Assembly: GCA_046347715.1 (NCBI GenBank)
Contig: JAXMFO010000011.1
Coordinates: forward strand, 56,364-120,363
DNA from: Burkholderiales bacterium
GTDB taxonomy: Bacteria > Pseudomonadota > Gammaproteobacteria > Burkholderiales > Casimicrobiaceae
DNA: 64,000 bases
Direction: 5' to 3'
A program made the position numbers and the translations under genes. How positions within the stretch are numbered: position 1 is the first letter of the stretch; every line of letters begins with the position of its first letter. The notes beneath the pieces are model-generated. The model was not told the DNA's origin and made no database searches. It worked only from the letters and a program-made list of their open reading frames with translations. Below, in pieces: positions 37,406 to 46,045 of this stretch.

Positions 37406-39271
37406 CTAGGTGAAGAGCAGCGCGACGCGGTACGTCACGAACGCCGCGAGGTACGCGAGCGCGAACAGGTAGCCCGCCATGATGAGCGGGTAGCGCCACG
37501 AGTTGGTCTCGCGCTTCGTGATCGCCAGTGTCGAGATGCACTGCGGCGCGAACACGTACCACGCGAGGAGCGAGAACGCCGTGGCGAGCGGCCAGCCCTC
37601 GGAGAGGATCGGCGAGAGCTGCGACGCGAGCTCGTTGTCGACGCTCGACAGCGCGTACACGGTGCCGAGCGCGCCCACCGCCACTTCGCGGGCGGCGAGT
37701 CCGGGCACCAGCGCGATCGAGATCTGCCAGTTGAAGCCGATCGGCGCGAACACGTGCTGCAGCGCGTGCCCCAGCATGCCCGCGTAGCTGTACTGGATCG
37801 CCGGCCCCGTCGCGCCGGCCGGGGGCGCCGGATACGACGACAGGAACCAGAGCACGATCATCAGCGACAGGATGATGGTGCCGACGCGCGCGAGGAAGAC
37901 GTGCGCGCGCTCCCAGAGCCCCAGCACGAGGTTGCGCGCGTTGGGCCAGCGGTAGGAGGGCAGTTCCATCAGCAGAGGGTGGTGCGCGCGGCGCGCCGTG
38001 ATCCGCTGGACGGTGTATGCGACGGCCATCGCGCCGAGGATCCCGGCGACGTAGAGCACGAACAGCACCAGCCCCTGCAGGTTGAAGATCGTGCCCACCG
38101 TGCGCTCGGGGATGAACGCGCCGATCACGAGCGCGTACACCGGCAGGCGCGCCGAGCAGGTCATGAGCGGCGCGATCAGGATGGTGGTGAGGCGGTCGCG
38201 CGGGTTGCTGATGGTGCGCGTGGCCATGATGCCCGGGACCGCGCACGCGAAGCTCGACAGCAGGGGGATGAACGAGCGGCCCGACAGCCCCACCGTGCTC
38301 ATCACGCGGTCGAGGAGGAACGCCGCGCGCGGCAGGTAGCCCGAGTCCTCGAGGAACAGCAGGAAGAAGAACAGGATGAGGATCTGCGGCAGGAACACGA
38401 GCACGCTGCCCGCGCCGCCGATGATGCCGTCCACCAGCAGGCTGCGCAGCGGTCCCTCGGCCATGTGGGTGCGCACGAAGCCCGACAGCAGGCCCATGCC
38501 GGACTTGATCGCGTCCATCGGCGGACCGGCCCAGCTGAACACGGCCTGGAAGATGAGGAACAGCGTGGCCGCGAGGATCAGCATCCCGAACACCGGGTGC
38601 AGCAGCACGCGGTCGAGCGCGTCGTCGAGGCGGAGGTCGGCCTTCGGCTCCTGCACGCACGCGCCGAGGATGCGGCGCACCTCGCGGTAGGTCGCCTCGA
38701 CCTCGCCGGCGTCCGGGGCGTGCCACGCGAGCGGCGCGTGCGGCGCCGCGGGCCGCGCCTGCGCGAGCTGCGCGACGAGCCCGTCGGCGCCGCCGCGGTG
38801 CACGGCCACCGTGGTCACCACCGGCATCCCGAGTTCGCGCGCCAGCGCGTCGGTGTCGATGTGGATGCCGCGGCGCCTGGCGACGTCCGCCATGTTGAGC
38901 GCCAGCACCAGCGGCACGCCGAAGCGGCGGACCTCGAGCACCATCCGCAGGTTGAGGTGCAGGTTCGTCGCGTCGGTGACGCACACGATGAGGTCGGGCG
39001 GCGCCTCGCCGGTGGCGCGGCCGAGGATCACGTCGCGCGTGATGGCCTCGTCGGCGCTCGTGGGATTGAGGCTGTACGCGCCGGGGAGGTCGAGCACGGT
39101 CACCGAGCGCCCGTCGGCCAGCGTGAGCCGGCCCTCCTTGCGCTCGACCGTGACGCCCGCGAAGTTGGCGACCTTCTGCCGGCTGCCGGTCAGCAGGTTG
39201 AAGAGCGCCGTCTTGCCGCAGTTCGGGTTGCCGAGCAGGGCGATGCGCAGCGCGGCGGCGGCGTGCGTCAT
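37406..39271 (-). CDS. feoB: Ferrous iron transport protein B
   Basis: GNPNCGKT, VANFAGVTVE, DLPGAYSL, LNMAD, LEDSGYLPRAAF, FACAVPGIMATR. Confidence 0.96.
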   Translation of the reverse strand: MTHAAAALRIALLGNPNCGKTALFNLLTGSRQKVANFAGVTVERKEGRLTLADGRSVTVLDLPGAYSLNPTSADEAITRDVILGRATGEAPPDLIVCVTDATNLHLNLRMVLEVRRFGVPLVLALNMADVARRRGIHIDTDALARELGMPVVTTVAVHRGGADGLVAQLAQARPAAPHAPLAWHAPDAGEVEATYREVRRILGACVQEPKADLRLDDALDRVLLHPVFGMLILAATLFLIFQAVFSWAGPPMDAIKSGMGLLSGFVRTHMAEGPLRSLLVDGIIGGAGSVLVFLPQILILFFFLLFLEDSGYLPRAAFLLDRVMSTVGLSGRSFIPLLSSFACAVPGIMATRTISNPRDRLTTILIAPLMTCSARLPVYALVIGAFIPERTVGTIFNLQGLVLFVLYVAGILGAMAVAYTVQRITARRAHHPLLMELPSYRWPNARNLVLGLWERAHVFLARVGTIILSLMIVLWFLSSYPAPPAGATGPAIQYSYAGMLGHALQHVFAPIGFNWQISIALVPGLAAREVAVGALGTVYALSSVDNELASQLSPILSEGWPLATAFSLLAWYVFAPQCISTLAITKRETNSWRYPLIMAGYLFALAYLAAFVTYRVALLFT

Positions 39272-39577
39272 CTACGCGCGCTCCCGCTCGACCAGCACCT
39301 GCTCCGCCTCGAAGCGGCGCAGCGCGAAGGTGGTGCCGCCGATGCGCACCGCGATCGGCTCGCGCCCGGGGTGCCCCTGTGCGATCACGCGCACCGGTTC
39401 GCCGGCCATGAAGCCGATCTCGAGCAGGCGCAGTGCCAGTTCGCGGGACTCGGCGTCGTCGGCGGCGGGACGCAGGCCGACGACGTGCGCGGGCACGCCG
39501 ATCGGCAGGTCGGACAGCGACTGGGCGGCGTGGACGGCCACCGCGCTGGAGGAGGTGGGCACGGTGTGCGGGGTCAC
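39272..39577 (-). CDS. feoA: Ferrous iron transport protein A
   Basis: RLLEIGFMAGEPVRVI, PIAVRIGGTTFALRRFEA; start uncertain (39577 or 39589). Confidence 0.9.
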   Translation of the reverse strand: MTPHTVPTSSSAVAVHAAQSLSDLPIGVPAHVVGLRPAADDAESRELALRLLEIGFMAGEPVRVIAQGHPGREPIAVRIGGTTFALRRFEAEQVLVERERA

Positions 39578-39625
39578 GATGGCGGTCAAGGGAGCCTCTG
39601 CCCGGCACGCGCCGGCGCTGTCAAC

Positions 39626-39644
39626 GCGAATGATTCTCATTATA
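39626..39644. promoter_or_regulatory. Fur box upstream of feoA
   Basis: GCGAATGATTCTCATTATA, 14/19 match to GATAATGATAATCATTATC. Confidence 0.75.
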
Positions 39645-39702
39645 GTTGGATCCGGGATTCACGTACAGCGACTTGTTCAGGCGGCGCAGGCGGGGTGAAA
39701 AC

Positions 39703-39721
39703 GCGAATGATTCGCATTGTT
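39703..39721. promoter_or_regulatory. Second Fur-like box upstream of feoA
   Basis: GCGAATGATTCGCATTGTT, near copy of the first box. Confidence 0.6.
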
Positions 39722-39743
39722 TTGGAAGGGGGCGCGCGCCGCC

Positions 39744-39757
39744 TTGATCTTTCGCAA
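39744..39757. promoter_or_regulatory. FNR-like site upstream of feoA
   Basis: TTGATCTTTCGCAA versus consensus TTGAT-N4-ATCAA (8/10). Confidence 0.45.
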
Positions 39758-39813
39758 GGCGCGGCAAGGCAAAGCCGGGCGGCACACCCGGGCGCAGCCC
39801 GGGGCGGGAACGG

Positions 39814-41241
39814 TCAGGCGGCCCCGGGGGCGCCCGGAAACAGCGGCGAGCGCGGGGCGACCTGCCCGATCTCGACCCGCGGCCGGCGCGTGCGGAGCGC
39901 GACCAGGCGGGCGGCCGCCTCCTCGCAGACCCGGCCGCCGCAGTCGCCCTGGCCGAGCCCCAGCGAGGCCTGCAGCGCCTCGACGGTGTGGGCGCCGGCG
40001 GCGATGGCTGCGTCGATCGCGCCGCGGGTGATGCCGCGACATGCGCAGACGGGGACGCCGGGCGCGAGATCGGCGAGGACGCCGTCGCCGATGTTCGCGA
40101 GCCGGGTCATCACCGCGCCGAAGCGCGCGGCCCGCATGGCCTCGCGCTTGGCCGGCGTGGCCTGTGCGGTGTGCGCAGCCGGTGCGAGGCGCCCGAAGTC
40201 GAGCGCCGCGGCAAACGCCGCGACCCGTCCCTGCCACGGCGCGGCGGCGGCACCGGCAATCCCGGCGCCGTCCCCTGCCGCGTAGAGTCGCGGGACGCTC
40301 GTGCGCTGGTCGTCGTCGACGACGGCGTGCCAGCCGCCGACGGCCGGATCGAAGCCGTGCGAGGCGCCGAGCAGGCGGGTCACCTCCGTGCGCGCCATGA
40401 GGCCGTAGCCGCAGCACACGGCGTCGCATGCGAGGTCGAGGGTGTCGGTCCCGGCGGATGGCGTGCCGTCGCGCTCCACGCGGACGGCGGTCACGCGCAG
40501 GTCGGGCGCGTTGCCGGTGACGCTGCGCACACGCATGCCGTTGTGCATCGGCACGCCGCGGGCGAGCAGCGCGCGGTACCAGCCCATGCCCCGCGTCGCG
40601 AGGTCCGGGCGCGAGAGGAGGTCCGCCGCGCTCATGAACCACGCGCTGCGCGGATGGGCATCGACCACGGCGGCGACGCGCCCGCCGCCGTCCACGATCG
40701 CCTTCGCCACCACCAGCAGCAGCGGGCCGGCGCCGGCCACGACCACGTTGCGGCCGGGGAGCACGCGTTGCGCCTTCAGGAGGTGCGTGGCCGCCGCGAG
40801 GCCGATGACGCCGGGCGTGTCCCAGCCCGCGAACGGCAGCAGTCGCTCCTGCGCGCCGTTCGCGACGATGAGCGCGGCGGCGTGGAGCGTGCGCGTACCG
40901 CCGGCGTGCGCCGCGTGCAGCACGAAGCCGTCGGGCAGCCGCGCGGCGTCGAACAGCCGGTGGCCGAAGAAGCGCACGACGCTCGCCGCACCCAGTTCCG
41001 CACGCACGCGGTCGCCGTCCGTGCGCTCCTGGTCCGGGCGCGTCGGCGTGATCCCCGGCACGATGCGGTAGACCTGCCCGCCCGCGACCGGCTGCGCGTC
41101 GATCACCACCACGCGCAGGCGCAGCGCCGCCGCCTGCACCGCCGCGGCAGCGCCGGCCGGACCGGCGCCCAGCACGGCGACGTCGAAGGCCGTGCGCGGC
41201 AGGCTGGAGGCGCGCGCGGGGTCCACGTGCGGCGCCGTCAC
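39814..41241 (-). CDS. FAD/NAD(P)-binding oxidoreductase with C-terminal BFD-like [2Fe-2S] domain (HcnB/opine oxidase A-like)
   Basis: GAGPAG, GGQVYR, GAQERLLPFAGW, YAAGDGAG, CAC...GLGQGDCGGRVC; GTGA overlap with the upstream gene. Confidence 0.87.
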   Translation of the reverse strand: MTAPHVDPARASSLPRTAFDVAVLGAGPAGAAAAVQAAALRLRVVVIDAQPVAGGQVYRIVPGITPTRPDQERTDGDRVRAELGAASVVRFFGHRLFDAARLPDGFVLHAAHAGGTRTLHAAALIVANGAQERLLPFAGWDTPGVIGLAAATHLLKAQRVLPGRNVVVAGAGPLLLVVAKAIVDGGGRVAAVVDAHPRSAWFMSAADLLSRPDLATRGMGWYRALLARGVPMHNGMRVRSVTGNAPDLRVTAVRVERDGTPSAGTDTLDLACDAVCCGYGLMARTEVTRLLGASHGFDPAVGGWHAVVDDDQRTSVPRLYAAGDGAGIAGAAAAPWQGRVAAFAAALDFGRLAPAAHTAQATPAKREAMRAARFGAVMTRLANIGDGVLADLAPGVPVCACRGITRGAIDAAIAAGAHTVEALQASLGLGQGDCGGRVCEEAAARLVALRTRRPRVEIGQVAPRSPLFPGAPGAA

Positions 41242-41549
41242 GGGTCGGGGGTCGAGCGCACGTCGAGGCCGGCGCGCACCGGCGTGCGGCACGCCTCGTA
41301 GCGGGCGCCGTCGATCCAGACCGCGCACTGCTGGCACATCGCCATCGCGCAGAACAGGGTGCGCGGTGCGGGCATACCGTCGCGCGGCCCGCGTCCCCAC
41401 GTCCGGATCCCCGCCGCCCAGAGCGCGGCCGCGACGCTCTCGCCCTCGTGGGCGGAGACGTCGTTGCCGTCGAACCGGAAAGTCACCGCGGGACCGCGGT
41501 GCACGCCGTCGTGGATGCGCAGGGAATCGGTCAACGCGGGCGCGGGCAT
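41238..41549 (-). CDS. (2Fe-2S)-binding protein (HcnA/OoxA-partner-like)
   Basis: GESVAAAL, FCAMAMCQQC...EAC. Confidence 0.85.
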   Translation of the reverse strand: MPAPALTDSLRIHDGVHRGPAVTFRFDGNDVSAHEGESVAAALWAAGIRTWGRGPRDGMPAPRTLFCAMAMCQQCAVWIDGARYEACRTPVRAGLDVRSTPDP

Positions 41550-41646
41550 CGACCTGGGGCGGGTGCGGGCATGCCCGGATGTTCACATACCTCGCGGGGT
41601 GCGTTCAATGCGGGCGCATCCGCATGGCATCGCGGCTGCCCGACCG

Positions 41647-41660
41647 TTGACGTGGGTCAA
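41647..41660. promoter_or_regulatory. CRP/FNR-family palindrome upstream of the 2Fe-2S/oxidoreductase pair
   Basis: TTGAC-GTGG-GTCAA, about 100 bp upstream of the start. Confidence 0.55.
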
Positions 41661-41721
41661 TCCCGGTGGCGTGCGAACGTCGTCCGCCCGCGGTCCGGGC
41701 AAGGCGTCGCATGGAAGGGGC

Positions 41722-42243
41722 TCAGCGCCCGAGCATCCGCACGGCCTCCGCCACCGCCGGGGCGAGCGCCGGATCCTCGCGCGCGTACCGCACGAGGAGC
41801 CCGCGATCCTGCGAACCGCCGACCACGCCCAGCGCCGCCACCGCGTTCGCGCGATAGCCCGTGACGTAGCGTTGCACCTGCGCGTCGACGTAGGACCGGC
41901 GCGACGGCCGCGCGAAGCGGGCGAGGTCCGCGGCCGCGATGCCTTCGACGCGGTAGTCGCGCAGCGGGAACAGGACGAGCGCCGCGTACCGCCGGTCCGC
42001 GGCCGCGCGCACCGCCGCCACCGCGTCCTCCGGCGGCCCGTCGGCGAGCGCGCGCCGGAACGCCGGCGCGAGCGTGGCCCGCTGCGCCGCCAGCGCGACA
42101 CGCAACGCCTGCGCGTCGTCGCCGAGGCAGCTCGTGGCCAGCGTCCGCGCGAGGAGCGCGTAGGCGTCCGGGGCGAGTCCGTACCGCGGCTGCGCCGCGG
42201 CGGTGGCCGCAACGAAGGCGAGCAGGAGGAGGGCGCACCGCAC
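41722..42243 (-). CDS. Hypothetical exported helical protein
   Basis: Signal peptide MRCALLLLAFVAATAAA; HEAT-like C-terminus; starts 1 bp after the upstream metalloprotease stop. Confidence 0.65.
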   Translation of the reverse strand: MRCALLLLAFVAATAAAQPRYGLAPDAYALLARTLATSCLGDDAQALRVALAAQRATLAPAFRRALADGPPEDAVAAVRAAADRRYAALVLFPLRDYRVEGIAAADLARFARPSRRSYVDAQVQRYVTGYRANAVAALGVVGGSQDRGLLVRYAREDPALAPAVAEAVRMLGR

Positions 42244-42244
42244 G

Positions 42245-44146
42245 TCAGTTGGGACCGAAGGCGCCGTCGGCCCAGATGCGCTTGGCGATGCGCGGGCAGC
42301 CCGGCGCCGGCGTGTCGCGGTCGCAGTCGCGCAGCGGCAGGCCGGAGCGCAGGCCGTACACGCTGTTCACCGCGGACGCGCTGCGCAACTGCGCGCGGAA
42401 GGTCTGCCCCTCGGTGAGGAACCGGCGCACGTTGCTCGCCGAGTGCATCACGTTGGTGGCGTCGAAGTCGGCGACGAGGTCGTCGACGTGCTCGAGCGCG
42501 AAGTCGTGTCCCAGTTCGTGCGCGAGGAGTTCGGACCCCGCGCCGGCCGCGATCGCGACGAAGCCGCCGCCGACGATGCACGCGTTGCCGCGCGACGTGG
42601 AACCGTCGACCAGCGTCACGAGGTACACGTTGATGCGGCCGGGCCGCGCGCCGACGGCCGCCTGCAGCGCCGCCACGTTCGCGTTGCCCGCGCCGCACGC
42701 GAACGACTGCCAGCCGGCGGCTGCCGCGTTCGCGGTCGCGTCCACCACCTCCAGCGCCGACATGCGCACGCCGGTGCGCTCGGCGGTGAAGATCGCCTGC
42801 GCCGTCTGCCACAGGTCGAACGCCGTCTGCTGCGTGGTGGCGTACGGACCGGCAACCACCCAGACGGTGACCGGGATCTCCACGAGCGGGGCGAAGGGCA
42901 CCAGCACCACCTGGTCGCCCTGCGTGGTGTCCCACGTCGCCGGCCGCAGCGTGGGCGGCCGCTCGCTGCCGAACGCGATCACCTCGCCGCTGCCGCGCCG
43001 CGCGCCTACGTCCACCGCGTCGCCCGGCATCGCGAACGACTGGAAGCTCGCGGCCGGCGTGCTCGCCGCGTCGCTCACCAGCGCGCCGAACGGTGCCCCG
43101 CCTCCGGCGGTGAGGCGGACCGTCGCCGTGCCCGGGGGCACGCACATCGCCACGGCGTCCGGCCCGTAGCCCTCGGCCACGTAGCCCGCCGCCTTCATCT
43201 GCGCACGCACCCCGGCGCTCGTCGTGTAGCGATGGTTGGAGTCGGCGCGCGCGTTCCACAGCCGGTACAGGGGGGCGAACCCGGGCGGGCACGCGCCGGT
43301 GGCGGGGTCGGGCAGCGCGACGTGGAACGCGGCGGGCGTCTCCAGCACGTAGCCGCTGTAGGCGGGGTCGCTGCCCGACCTCGCCGCGACCGTCGCGCAT
43401 TCCTGCGCCGATGCGGAGAAGAAGTGCGAGTCGCCGTGCGCGGGCGGGATGTAGAAGCGGCACACGGCGGCGGGTGCATCGGGTGCGGCCGCGGGACGCA
43501 CCTTGAACCCGAGGCCGGTGCGCGCCCATCCGGCGATGCGCCCCGAGTCGAGCGCCACGAGGTCGGCCGCGAGGTCGCTCACGAAGTAGTGGCCGAGCGC
43601 CGCGTTGCGGTACTCGACCGCGGTTACCGCGCGGGCGGGGACGGAGGCGGTGGCACCCGCGAAGTTGGTCGCCGCGTTCGGCACCGGCGCGCCGCTGCGG
43701 GAAAGCGCGGTGACGCCGTCCGCGGGCAGCGCGCCCAGCGCGAGCGCGTCCCCGCCGCCGATCGCGAGCGTGCCGCCCGCGGTCGGCACGAAGCGGTCGG
43801 GCAGCACGTAGTCGGCCGCGACGAGCCCCAGGGCCGCGAAGCCCGCGCTGCCGAGCAGCACGCGGCGGCCCGCGGTGCCCGCGCCGGGGAGGTCGCCGGG
43901 GAACGTGAACGTGGTGGTGGCACCGCCCTGCGTGGCGGCCAGCGTGCCCCCGAACCAGGCGTCCGCGTGGTCCTGGTTCTGCGTGTCGCGGAGGACCACG
44001 AACTGCACGCTGCCGTCCGCGTTCGAGTACACCTGCTCGATCGCGAACGCCTCGATGCCCGCGTGCGCGAGCCCGGCGGCGAGCGCGAACGCGCAGGCGA
44101 CCGCGAGGCGCGCGCCGGGGCAGGCGCGGGGACGGCGTGGCGGCAT
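42245..44146 (-). CDS. Secreted multidomain zinc metalloprotease (DUF5648-like repeat + metzincin domain)
   Basis: Signal peptide ending LAHA; AVEYRNAALGHYF/VCRFYIPP..GDSHFFS/LYRLWN..DSNHRYT repeats; HELGHDFALEH plus NVM Met-turn. Confidence 0.8.
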   Translation of the reverse strand: MPPRRPRACPGARLAVACAFALAAGLAHAGIEAFAIEQVYSNADGSVQFVVLRDTQNQDHADAWFGGTLAATQGGATTTFTFPGDLPGAGTAGRRVLLGSAGFAALGLVAADYVLPDRFVPTAGGTLAIGGGDALALGALPADGVTALSRSGAPVPNAATNFAGATASVPARAVTAVEYRNAALGHYFVSDLAADLVALDSGRIAGWARTGLGFKVRPAAAPDAPAAVCRFYIPPAHGDSHFFSASAQECATVAARSGSDPAYSGYVLETPAAFHVALPDPATGACPPGFAPLYRLWNARADSNHRYTTSAGVRAQMKAAGYVAEGYGPDAVAMCVPPGTATVRLTAGGGAPFGALVSDAASTPAASFQSFAMPGDAVDVGARRGSGEVIAFGSERPPTLRPATWDTTQGDQVVLVPFAPLVEIPVTVWVVAGPYATTQQTAFDLWQTAQAIFTAERTGVRMSALEVVDATANAAAAGWQSFACGAGNANVAALQAAVGARPGRINVYLVTLVDGSTSRGNACIVGGGFVAIAAGAGSELLAHELGHDFALEHVDDLVADFDATNVMHSASNVRRFLTEGQTFRAQLRSASAVNSVYGLRSGLPLRDCDRDTPAPGCPRIAKRIWADGAFGPN

Positions 44147-44266
44147 CGCGGACAGCATAGCGCAAGCCGCGCGCGCCCCGCGATGTACGCGACCGCGCGA
44201 TTCGGGGACAATGCGCCGGCCGCGCGACGGATCCGCCGCCACGCGCCCGACGCCCGCCCCGCCCGC

Positions 44267-45982
44267 ATGCCCCCGCTGCCGCACGTCGACGCCCGCCTGC
44301 GCCCCTGGCTCGCCTGCCTCGTCGCGATCGTCCTCGCGGGGGCAGCCTCGATCGGGCTGCGGCAGGACTCGAGCTGGGACCTCCAGAACTACCACCTGTA
44401 CAACGCGTGGGCGTTCGTGCACGGCCGCTTCGGGCTCGACTGGGCGCCGGCGCAGCTGCAGTCGTTCTACAGCCCGTACCTCGACCTGCCGTTCTACGCG
44501 CTGTTCGCCGCCGATGCGCCGCCGCGGGTCATCGCATTCGCGCTCGCGATCCCGACCGGCATCGCGTGGTACTGCTTCGCGCGCCTCGCGGCGCTGCTCT
44601 TCGCCGGCGAGCCGGAGCCCCTGCGCACGCGGGCGACGGTCGTGGCGATCGCGATCGGGGTCACCGCGCCGATGCCGGTGAGCCTCATCGGCACGACGAT
44701 GAACGACTGGTACGTCGCCGCCTGCGTGCTGGGCGCGCTGCTGCTCGTGGTGCGCGAGGGCGACCCGCGGGCCGCGAGCACGCGGGCATGGGTGGCCGCG
44801 GGCGCGCTCGTCGGCGCGGCGGCGGGCCTCAAGCTCACCGGCAGCATCTACGCGGTCGGGCTGTTCGTCGCGGTTCTCGCGCTGCGCCGGTGGCGGGCGA
44901 CGTTGGCCTGCACCGCCGCGATGGCCGGTGCCTTCGCGCTGACCGCCGGCCCGTGGTTCGCGACGATGATCGCGCGCTACGGCAATCCGCTGTTTCCGTA
45001 CTTCAACCAGGTGTTCCGCTCGCCGTGGGCCGACCCGGTGTCGTTCTCGGCCACCCGCTTCGGGCCAGCCACGCCGTACGAGTGGCTGGTGTTCCCGTAC
45101 ATGCTGCTGGTGAAGCTCGAAGGCTACGTCGCGGAGCCGGAGTTCCGCGACGCGCGCCCGGCGCTGCTGTACACGCTGTGCCTCGTCGCGCTCGGCCTCG
45201 CGTTGTGGCGGCGCAGGCAACGGCGACATGGCGCCGAAGGCGCATCTCCCTCTCCCGATGCACGGGGGAAGGGCCGGGGCGAGGGACCGCCGCCACCGAG
45301 CCCCCGATCGGTGTCTGACACGTCGTATGAGGTGTCAGACACGGCCTATGACGTGTCTGACACCGATGCTGCCGCCGATGCCTGCGTTTCCCGCCCCGCG
45401 TGGCGCTTCCTCGCGATCTTCGCCGCGACGGCGTTCGTCGCGTGGGCCGTGCTGTACCGCATCGCTCGCTACCTCGTGCCGCTCGAACTGCTGGCCGGCG
45501 TGTTCATCGTGGGTCTCGTCGTGCGCCTCGTGCCGGCGCGCCGCGTGACGCTTGCGCTCGTCGTGGCGCTCGGGGCGGTGATCGTCACCGCCAAGTTCCC
45601 GACCTGGTGGCGGCAGCCGTTCGGCGCGCACTTCCTGACCGTCGAACGGCCGCCGGTGAAGCCGGACGCGCTGGTCCTGCTGGTGACACCGGAGCCGATG
45701 TCGTACGTGCTGCCGTCGTTCCCGGCCGACGCGCGCTTCGCGGGGCTCGTAAGCAATTTCAACGATCCCGGCCGCCGCAACCGCCTGCAGGACACGATCG
45801 CGCAGGCGATCCGCGACCATCGCGGCACGCTGTATTCGCTGGCGGTGCCCCCCGGCCGGGACGAGGGCGCCGCCGCGCTGGCGCAGATGGGGCTGGTCCG
45901 GACGCAGTGCAGCGAACTGCGCACCAACCTGCGCGTGAGCCCGCTGGAACTTTGCGAACTCGCGCGGCGTCCGCCCCCGTAG
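44267..45982 (+). CDS. Polytopic membrane protein, putative GT-C-type glycosyltransferase (DUF2029-like)
   Basis: QDSSWDLQNYHLYNAWA, PAQLQSF, GLKLT, YGNPLFPYFNQVF, RYLVPLELL; many TM segments. Confidence 0.7.
   Translation: MPPLPHVDARLRPWLACLVAIVLAGAASIGLRQDSSWDLQNYHLYNAWAFVHGRFGLDWAPAQLQSFYSPYLDLPFYALFAADAPPRVIAFALAIPTGIAWYCFARLAALLFAGEPEPLRTRATVVAIAIGVTAPMPVSLIGTTMNDWYVAACVLGALLLVVREGDPRAASTRAWVAAGALVGAAAGLKLTGSIYAVGLFVAVLALRRWRATLACTAAMAGAFALTAGPWFATMIARYGNPLFPYFNQVFRSPWADPVSFSATRFGPATPYEWLVFPYMLLVKLEGYVAEPEFRDARPALLYTLCLVALGLALWRRRQRRHGAEGASPSPDARGKGRGEGPPPPSPRSVSDTSYEVSDTAYDVSDTDAAADACVSRPAWRFLAIFAATAFVAWAVLYRIARYLVPLELLAGVFIVGLVVRLVPARRVTLALVVALGAVIVTAKFPTWWRQPFGAHFLTVERPPVKPDALVLLVTPEPMSYVLPSFPADARFAGLVSNFNDPGRRNRLQDTIAQAIRDHRGTLYSLAVPPGRDEGAAALAQMGLVRTQCSELRTNLRVSPLELCELARRPPP
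45246..45364. repeat. Composite REP-like insertion inside a CDS
   Basis: Degenerate CCCTCTCCC..GGGGGAAGGG element (45246-45285) followed by three GTGTCWGACAC palindromes at a 21-bp period (45311, 45332, 45353). Confidence 0.75.
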
Positions 45983-46045
45983 AGGCGCTGCCCGGCGGCG
46001 TTTTCGGTAACATGCGGCGATTGGTCTGCAAAGCGGGAGCCCTCG

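Noticed and set aside
39814-41549. Calling the pair hydrogen cyanide synthase (hcnAB)
   Set aside because: No hcnC is present and these families are shared with several amine/opine dehydrogenases.
45310-45364. Regularly spaced palindromes as a possible CRISPR array
   Set aside because: Repeats are 11-13 bp with 8-10-bp similar spacers, there are only 2-3 units, and no cas genes are present.
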